Source: a bacterium (lineage in GTDB: Bacteria; SAR324; NAC60-12). Taken from it: DNA of 50,654 bases. The notes under the pieces are model-generated. The model saw only the letters and a list, made by a program, of their open reading frames with translations. It had not been told where the DNA came from and searched no databases. Position numbers and translations under genes: made by a program. Below are positions 44,437 to 50,654 of this stretch, piece after piece (positions within the stretch are counted from its first letter, which is position 1; every line of letters starts with the position of its first letter). The DNA is taken from assembly GCA_965205865.1 (NCBI GenBank), contig CBDBHR010000016.1, positions 1 to 50,654 of the forward strand, written 5' to 3'.

Positions 44437-45033
44437 ATGGAAATCAGTGATTTGAATCCGGATCCCATCCTCGAGTTTGAAAAATGGTTTAAGCTGGCAG
44501 AAGAGACTGACCTGCCTCATCCCAATGCCATGACGCTTGCTACCACGACGAACGATGGCAAACCATCATCCAGGGTGGTATTGTTGAAAACCGTGGATGC
44601 CCGGGGATTTGTCTTCTATACCAATTTTGAAAGCCGAAAAGGCCGGGAACTTGCGCAAAATCCCTGCGCTGCCCTGGTGTTTCATTGGGATATTTTGAGA
44701 CGACAAATTCGTATCGAAGGAAACGTGGAGCGAACCGTGGGGGAACAATCAAAGACTTATTTTCAATCCCGTCCTCGGGACAGCCAATTGGCCGCCTGGA
44801 TTTCGGAGCAAAGCGCCGTCATTGAAAATCGAGCTGTCCTTGAAGAAAAAATGGCGAAATTGGAAGAAAAATACGCAAACCAGGCAATCCCGGTTCCTCC
44901 ATTCTGGGGCGGCTACCGAGTGATCCCCGATGAAATAGAGTTTTGGCTGGAAGCGCCCCGTCGTCTGCATGACCGTTTTCGCTATAGGAGACTAAATCTC
45001 TCCCGGTGGTCGATCCAACGGCTCGCTCCCTAG
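44437..45033 (+). CDS. pdxH: Pyridoxamine 5'-phosphate oxidase
   Basis: PNAMTLAT, RVVLLK, FYTNFESRKG, YFQSRPRDSQ, WGGY, RLHDRF, RLAP. Confidence 0.97.
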   Translation: MEISDLNPDPILEFEKWFKLAEETDLPHPNAMTLATTTNDGKPSSRVVLLKTVDARGFVFYTNFESRKGRELAQNPCAALVFHWDILRRQIRIEGNVERTVGEQSKTYFQSRPRDSQLAAWISEQSAVIENRAVLEEKMAKLEEKYANQAIPVPPFWGGYRVIPDEIEFWLEAPRRLHDRFRYRRLNLSRWSIQRLAP

Positions 45034-45163
45034 CTAGACCCTAGCCGAAAAGGGTTTCGAAAATAGTAAATGTAACCAATTTGATTCTATTGGATTCTCT
45101 ATTGGATTCAATATGACGAGAAAACGATTTATTTTTGTTTTTTATTCGCCCACAGCACAGTTT

Positions 45164-45396
45164 TTATAGGGGAAAAATCTTTTTAGAGAGCTTATTCATC
45201 TCCTTGATGAGGAAATCAAAATTTCTTTCACTGATCTTAGCGATTCCAAATGTATCAAGGGAACGCCCTCGATGGTAGCTTCGCTCCACGAGACGAGTCA
45301 ATATCGACGAATCAGTAGGCCAAGCTGTATTTCCTTTTACAGAGGTGCTATCCAGTTTTAAAATATCAAAATCGTCCAACTCTTCATCGAGAACCA
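45164..45396 (-). pseudogene. Internal fragment of an IS5/ISNCY-like DDE transposase
   Basis: ELDDFDILKLDSTSVKGNTAWPTDSSIL (DST…PTDS motif). Confidence 0.7.
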
Positions 45397-46275
45397 TTAC
45401 ACGACAATGACGGGGTTTTCCAGCGTCCCGATTCCCTCGATCGTGATGCTGATCACATCGCCTTCCTGAAGACTGAATCCTGACGGTGGGTGACAATCAC
45501 ATCCGGTGAGCACCGTCGTCAAGTCGGGCATGGAGTTGTGCCGTTGGATCCAGTCGGCCAGTTGGGCGCAGCTGCGGGCCAAATGGGAAGTGGAGCTCTC
45601 GCCGTGCCACACTGCTTCGTTGTCACGTCTTGTAGAGCAGCGTAAATCCAGATCCTCAGGGGTTTGGATCGATTCCGCAGTCACGAAGCAGGGCCCGATG
45701 GCGCAGCTACGATTATAGACTTTGGCCTGGGGCTGGTAATAGGTATTTTCTGCCTCGAGGGACACGGCGCTCATGTCGTTGGCGATGGTGTAGCCAATGA
45801 TCTCCCCCTGGTAGAGCACAAAGGCGAGCTCAGGCTCCGGGATGTTGATCGCGCTGTCCTCCCGTATTCCAACGGACTCAAAGGGGCCGACACATCGTTG
45901 TGGCGTTGCCTTGAAGAAAAGCATCGGGCGCTCTGCCTGATAGATCTTGATGTAACTTTCTGAGGCCTTGCTCAGGTCTTTGTTATAGGTCGCGCCGGCA
46001 CCCCACACTTCCGGAGGGTCGAAGGGACGAGCCAGTCGCAGATCGCTTTTTTCATCCAAGACCTCCTCCATTTTCAGGATTTGGGGCTGGCCGGACTTGA
46101 TGATCCGTTCTGCAATCTTGTCTATGCTGACTCCGGAGAGGGATGCGGCACGAGCAATGACTTCCAGGCCTGACAGATTTTCATCCACCGAAGTCAGGTC
46201 TGCGAGGAGGCCTTCCTCTTGTTCCACGGTAAATCGGGAGCTGCCATTTGCTGAAATGAGTTTGTAATACTTCAT
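45397..46275 (-). CDS. Fumarylacetoacetate hydrolase family protein (XylX/KdxD-like)
   Basis: EVWGAGATY, RPMLFFKAT, PEPELA, GYTIANDMS, QAKVY, IEGIGTLENPV. Confidence 0.92.
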   Translation of the reverse strand: MKYYKLISANGSSRFTVEQEEGLLADLTSVDENLSGLEVIARAASLSGVSIDKIAERIIKSGQPQILKMEEVLDEKSDLRLARPFDPPEVWGAGATYNKDLSKASESYIKIYQAERPMLFFKATPQRCVGPFESVGIREDSAINIPEPELAFVLYQGEIIGYTIANDMSAVSLEAENTYYQPQAKVYNRSCAIGPCFVTAESIQTPEDLDLRCSTRRDNEAVWHGESSTSHLARSCAQLADWIQRHNSMPDLTTVLTGCDCHPPSGFSLQEGDVISITIEGIGTLENPVIVV

Positions 46276-46360
46276 ATTTTCCTTTCATTTTATCTGATGA
46301 AACCACGTCCTTTGGGCGGGGACGCCTAGTTGTGGTCAGAGACAATCGGCTCTGCCAAAA

Positions 46361-46518
46361 ACGTGCACGTGTTCGTAATCGTGCACGTGCACGTGCTCGA
46401 TAGAAACGTTCCCGATTCTCTTGAGATGGAGATTCCGAATAGAAGAGACGGCAGGGAATCCAGGATTCTCTGGGATGCCATTTCGTTCACGAGCACGGCT
46501 TACGAGTACGATCACGAG
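46361..46518. repeat. Inverted blocks of CGTGCA/CGTAAT-type hexamer repeats (MITE-like)
   Basis: acgtgcacgtgttcgtaatcgtgcacgtgcacgtgctcga … cgttcacgagcacggcttacgagtacgatcacgag. Confidence 0.7.
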
Positions 46519-47624
46519 CCGCCCCTTCCAGGGGCCCATCAAAATCACCTTCTAAGAAGGTGGATTCTTTACTTATCTTTTTAAATCCCGAACACCTATG
46601 AAGATTTAGCATTGTGGAAAAATTTAAGCAAGTGTTTTTACAATTTTTTAGTGCGCTTACCATCTCGAAAGGGTTGATCAGTCGGGCGAGGAATCCGCGT
46701 TTGCGTTTCCCCGTGATGCCGTAACTGCCTTGTCCGCCCCGCAGCCGGGGATCGAGCAGGTCTCTGATGGCGTCGCCGAACATGTTGAGCGCGTAGACGG
46801 CAATCGTCAAGCAAAGACCGGGCCAGAGCGCCAGCCAGGGGGCCATCTCCATGTACCGGCGCCCTTCCCGGCTGAGCATCCCTCCCCAGTCAGGAATGTT
46901 GGGTGGCAGACCGTAGCCGAGGAAGCCCAGAGCAGCCAAAGTCATAATCACCCCCCCGATGTTAATGGAGAAGATAATGATGACGGGTGCCATAATATTG
47001 GGCAGCACATGACGGTTGAGGATTTGGCTGCGTCGGGGTGCCCACGGCCTGGGCTGCCAGAAAATAGTCATTCTCTTTAATGGCGATCACCGCACCCCGC
47101 ACGACGCGGGAGCCTTCGACTCCACCGGCGATCCCCAGCACCAGGATGATCTGGAGCAACCCCTGTCCCACGACGGACACGAGGGTCAACAACAAAAGCA
47201 GTCCCGGAAAGGCGATCCAGGCATCGACAAAGCGCTGCACCGCCAGGTCCACTTTACCCTCGAGGAATCCTGAAATGCCGCCGATGAGGACAGCGAAGAC
47301 CACATTGATTGCGGTCGCGGCCAGGCCGACAAGTACGGAGATACGCGCCCCGTAGATCAGGCGGCTGAGTAAGTCTCGTCCTATGTGGTCGGTACCCAGC
47401 AGATACTTGGCTGATGGGGTCTGCAGCCTGTCTATCAGGTGTGCTTCCTTATGGGAATAAGGCGCCAGCGCATCGGCAAAGATTGCCACTAAAATCAAGA
47501 TCAAGATGATAAACCCGCAGGCAGTACCGAGTGGCTTCTCCTTGAGAAACCTGATCAAGAAAGCCGCAAACCGGCTTCGTCGCTTGGGCTCACGGATAGC
47601 GGGTGTTTCTTGGGTGTTGTTCAT
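46487..47624 (-). pseudogene. DppC/OppC-type ABC permease, frameshift near 47040 (homology ends ~46660)
   Basis: LGTDHIGRDLLSRLIYGAR…ENDYFLAAQAVG in one frame; HVLPNI…FGDAIRDLLDPR in another. Confidence 0.88.
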
Positions 47625-47646
47625 GATCCCGATTTTTCTATGATAC

Positions 47647-47903
47647 AGTCCCTGAGGGACGAAAAGGTATAGCCCAGCAATTCATTGCTGGGTAAGGAAA
47701 CCCCCTTCCTCTCAGCTAGTCCCAGAGAGACGACACTTCTTCGGTCGAGCGAATTAATGCAAAATATAACACTCATCATATTTAAGATTATGTTTTCATG
47801 GGATATGAGACCTCATTGTTGTTTCGTCCCTCCGGGACTTTGAAGGAGCCATTTGTACCCAGCGATAAATCGCTGGGCTACTTTCTTTCGTCCCTCAGGG
47901 ACT
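47647..47903. repeat. REPIN/MITE-like nested inverted repeat between dppB and dppC
   Basis: Outer perfect 18-bp inverted repeat agtccctgagggacgaaa / tttcgtccctcagggact. Inner palindromes tagcccagcaattcattgctgggta (47670-47694) and tacccagcgataaatcgctgggcta (47856-47880). Confidence 0.88.
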
Positions 47904-47951
47904 TCTTCCTACATACGAATCTCAAACCCATATTTACCAGTAGCAAAACGA

Positions 47952-48966
47952 CTATTTATACTGAACCCTGGGGTCCAAGAAAGCATAAATCAGGTCGATG
48001 AAGAGATTGATCCCCACTACCCCGGTGGCGAAAAACAGGTTGATTCCCTGGACCGCCGGGTAGTCTCTGCTCTCGATTGCATCCAGGTATAAACGACCGA
48101 TCCCCGGCAGAACAAATATTTCTTCCATGATAACGGAGCCCCCGATCAGGAGGGGCAAGCTGCAGGCCGATCAGGGTAACTATCGGGATGAGGGCATTCT
48201 TGATGGCGTGCCGGATCACCACGACCTGCTCCTTGAGCCCTTTGGACCAGGCGGTGCGGATGTAGTCCTGCCTTAAGACCTCCAGCATCATGGTGCGTGT
48301 CATCCGCATGGTCTCGGCAAGACGCATGGCCGTCCCCAGAATTAGGGCTGGGAATGAGGAACATCACCAGATTCCCCAGCGGGTCTTCGACAAGAGGGAT
48401 ATACTTTATCGATGGCGCCCAGCCCCACCAGATTGCCGGGTAGAGGATGACCATAATTGCCAGCCAGAAGTTAGGCGTGGCCAAGCCGATGATGGCGATG
48501 GAGCGCCCCAGGTAGTCGGTGGCAGTATCCTGGCGAATCGCCGAGTAGATGCCCACCGGTAGCGCGATCACCAACCCGATCACGATGGCCATGAGACCCA
48601 AGCTCAAGGGTTACTGGCAATCTACTCTAATACCTGTTCCTCTATCGACAAATGGGTGGCATACAGTGATTTGCCAAGGGTGCCCTGGAGGATACCGCTG
48701 AATTGAGACTTACCTTGGTCTTCCAGTCAGGGGTCGGCAACACTCCTATCCAGCGTCCGTACTGTACGTGCACAGGCACGTCTAACCCCAGCACACGCTC
48801 AAGAGCTTCACGGTTTGTATAGCCACCCCCCCCATCCGTGCATCTTAGCTACCATGATGTCGACGACATCGCCGGGGATGAAGCGCACCGAGAGAAAGAC
48901 CAGGATACTCAGGAGAAACAGGGTCGGGATCATGAGCAACAACCGCCTGATGAAATAGGTTCTCAT
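47952..48966 (-). pseudogene. DppB/OppB-type ABC permease, multiple frameshifts
   Basis: MRTYFIRRLLLMIPTLF…; ATPNFWL; EVLRQDYIRTAWSKGL; RDYPAVQG…DPRVQYK spread over several frames. Confidence 0.88.
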
Positions 48967-48980
48967 GGAATCCTTCTCCT

Positions 48981-49067
48981 TCTCCCACTTAAGAAAAGGG
49001 GGGCAAGGGGGATTTCGTTGGACAAAGCTTTTAAAATCCCCCTGAATTCCCCTTTTTCAAATGGAGA
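48981..49067. repeat. REP-like inverted doublet (CCCCTTT…AAAGGGG type)
   Basis: gaaaaggggggcaagggggattt … aaatccccctgaattcccctttttc. Confidence 0.7.
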
Positions 49068-49082
49068 CTTGTCCTATAAGTA

Positions 49083-50654
49083 CTAATGCCCCATTTCTTT
49101 CTTCAGCGCACTATCAATCCAGAGGCGGGCCATGAAGGTATTACGTGAGGCCCGTTGCATACCTGATTCACCGAAATAACCCTCGACCCACGGCTGGCTC
49201 ACGTAAAACTTAGGGGATTTGGGTTTGATTATGGCGTAGTGCTCCCTTACCGTTTTCTCATCGGCCTCTCGATGTAAGCTCATCCACTCCTCCATGGTGG
49301 CAGCGACTTTCATGGCGGCAACTATGTCGTGCATTCGCTGGTCCTGCGTTTTGGGCCAATGACCATCTGCGCAATTTGATAAACAATATATATCCTTGGA
49401 GGGGGCGAACATGCTATACCCCACCAAATTGTGTATATCCCACTTCATCGTCGGCCCCCTTGCGGCAGCTCCCGCCTCGGCCTCAGTAACCACTTCAATC
49501 TCGCTATCGACGCCAATGGCATCGAAGTACGACATGAGTATTTCTCCATAGGTCGTTTCAACCCTTTCCGAACTGGCTAGCTTGACCTTGAATCTATAGC
49601 CATCGGCGCCGCGCTGGATACCCAGCCGCATCAAGCAACGCTTCCTCGGCCCTTTCCGGATTATAGGTATATTCTTGCCTTGACCTCTTCGGGCCAGTCT
49701 TCATATGGCCAGTTCCACCCTTTTGAAGCTTGACTTATTAACCCATAAGGTGCTGTATCTCCATAACCCTTATAGAAGGAAGTGTTAATGGTCTCGATGT
49801 CCACTGACATCTGCAGTGCCTTGCGCACATTGACGTCCTGCATGAGCTCCGAAGACTGGTTAAAACCGTAAATGTCCCCGACCCCGACATAAATGGTCCA
49901 CACATCGATTTCAGGGTTGGTCCGCCGGAGGGCATCTACATAGTCGGGATTCAGTATATAAGCGTCGCCGGCTTCAGTCAGCATATCAATCTTACCCGTG
50001 CGCATTGCCGATAAACGTGTCGTTGACTCTGGCATAGCCAGGCTCACTAACTTATCAGTATAGGGCAGGCGGTTCTCCGGGAATTTTTCGTCGTTTTTCC
50101 AGTAGTCAGGATTCTTCTCCCAGGTTGCCGAGCTGTCCTGGACGTGATCAGTCAGTCGATAGGGCCCGGTGCCGACCGTGTTCCTCCAATCCTGAGCGTC
50201 GCCGTATTTCTCGACTACCTCGGGGGCGTACATAAAAGTGTAGGTGTGGAGCATTTTCCCAGCACATCGGCGTCAGGCCTCGCCAACTTAACCTCAACCG
50301 TCCATTTGTCGGTGGCCGTTACCGATTCGTACGAGAGACCATTAGTTATATCCTCAACTTCGGGCTAATTCCGTCTTCGCTGAAATCACCCAGACCCAAA
50401 TAGCGGTGATAGTTCCATTCGACGTCATAAGCATCGAACTGACGACCGTTCACCGGCGCCTTATTGTCCCAGAAAACGCCCTGGCGAATGTGCCAGATGA
50501 ACGTTGTGGGGTCGGGCTGCGACCAGCTTTCCGCCAGACACCCTGTGGTCATCTCTGGGGTCACAACGACGTAAAAGTCAGCGGTCTTTTCCCTGGAGAG
50601 TCCCCAGTCGGCGAAGGCTAGCTTCTCATTAACACCACTGATGAGGTGAGGCGC
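49083..50654 (-). pseudogene. Family 5 ABC substrate-binding protein, frameshifted, 5' end outside the window
   Basis: LAESWSQPDP, VGTGPY, NPDYW…PENRLPY, DVNVRKALQM and QPWVEGYFGE…KKEMGH in successive frames. Confidence 0.88.

Overview
Bacterial chromosomal window, possibly a SAR324-like deltaproteobacterium (inference from protein style only). It has three zones. (1) 1-16.3 kb is an accessory region full of mobile-element debris: an IS1595 transposase, a frameshifted GC-rich Dpp/Opp-type ABC cassette, a decayed group II intron, an IS1380, a type II restriction-modification pair, an ORF-less but structurally complete group II intron, a Panacea (DUF4065) antitoxin with a membrane partner, truncated Mrr-like and OLD/AAA-like defence genes, an internally deleted Y1 (RAYT-like) transposase and an IS5. 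(2) 16.3-45 kb holds a second Dpp-type cassette and core genes: hydroxyacid dehydrogenase, CDF transporter, TPR protein, double-length uvrA, proB, a dapE remnant, ligA, ApaH-like phosphatase, class A PBP, YyaL-like protein, pyrG, LptA-like protein, GH20 and pdxH. (3) 45-50.6 kb has a transposase remnant, an FAH-family enzyme and a third, frameshifted Dpp-type cassette with several REP/MITE-like palindromes. The most unusual signal is a family of GGGGTCAGGC repeats at 11.5-14.2 kb. These sit exactly at the junctions of intact and truncated defence genes, flank a dead Y1 transposase, and are the insertion target of at least one, and possibly both, group II introns. No rRNA, tRNA or CRISPR array was seen.
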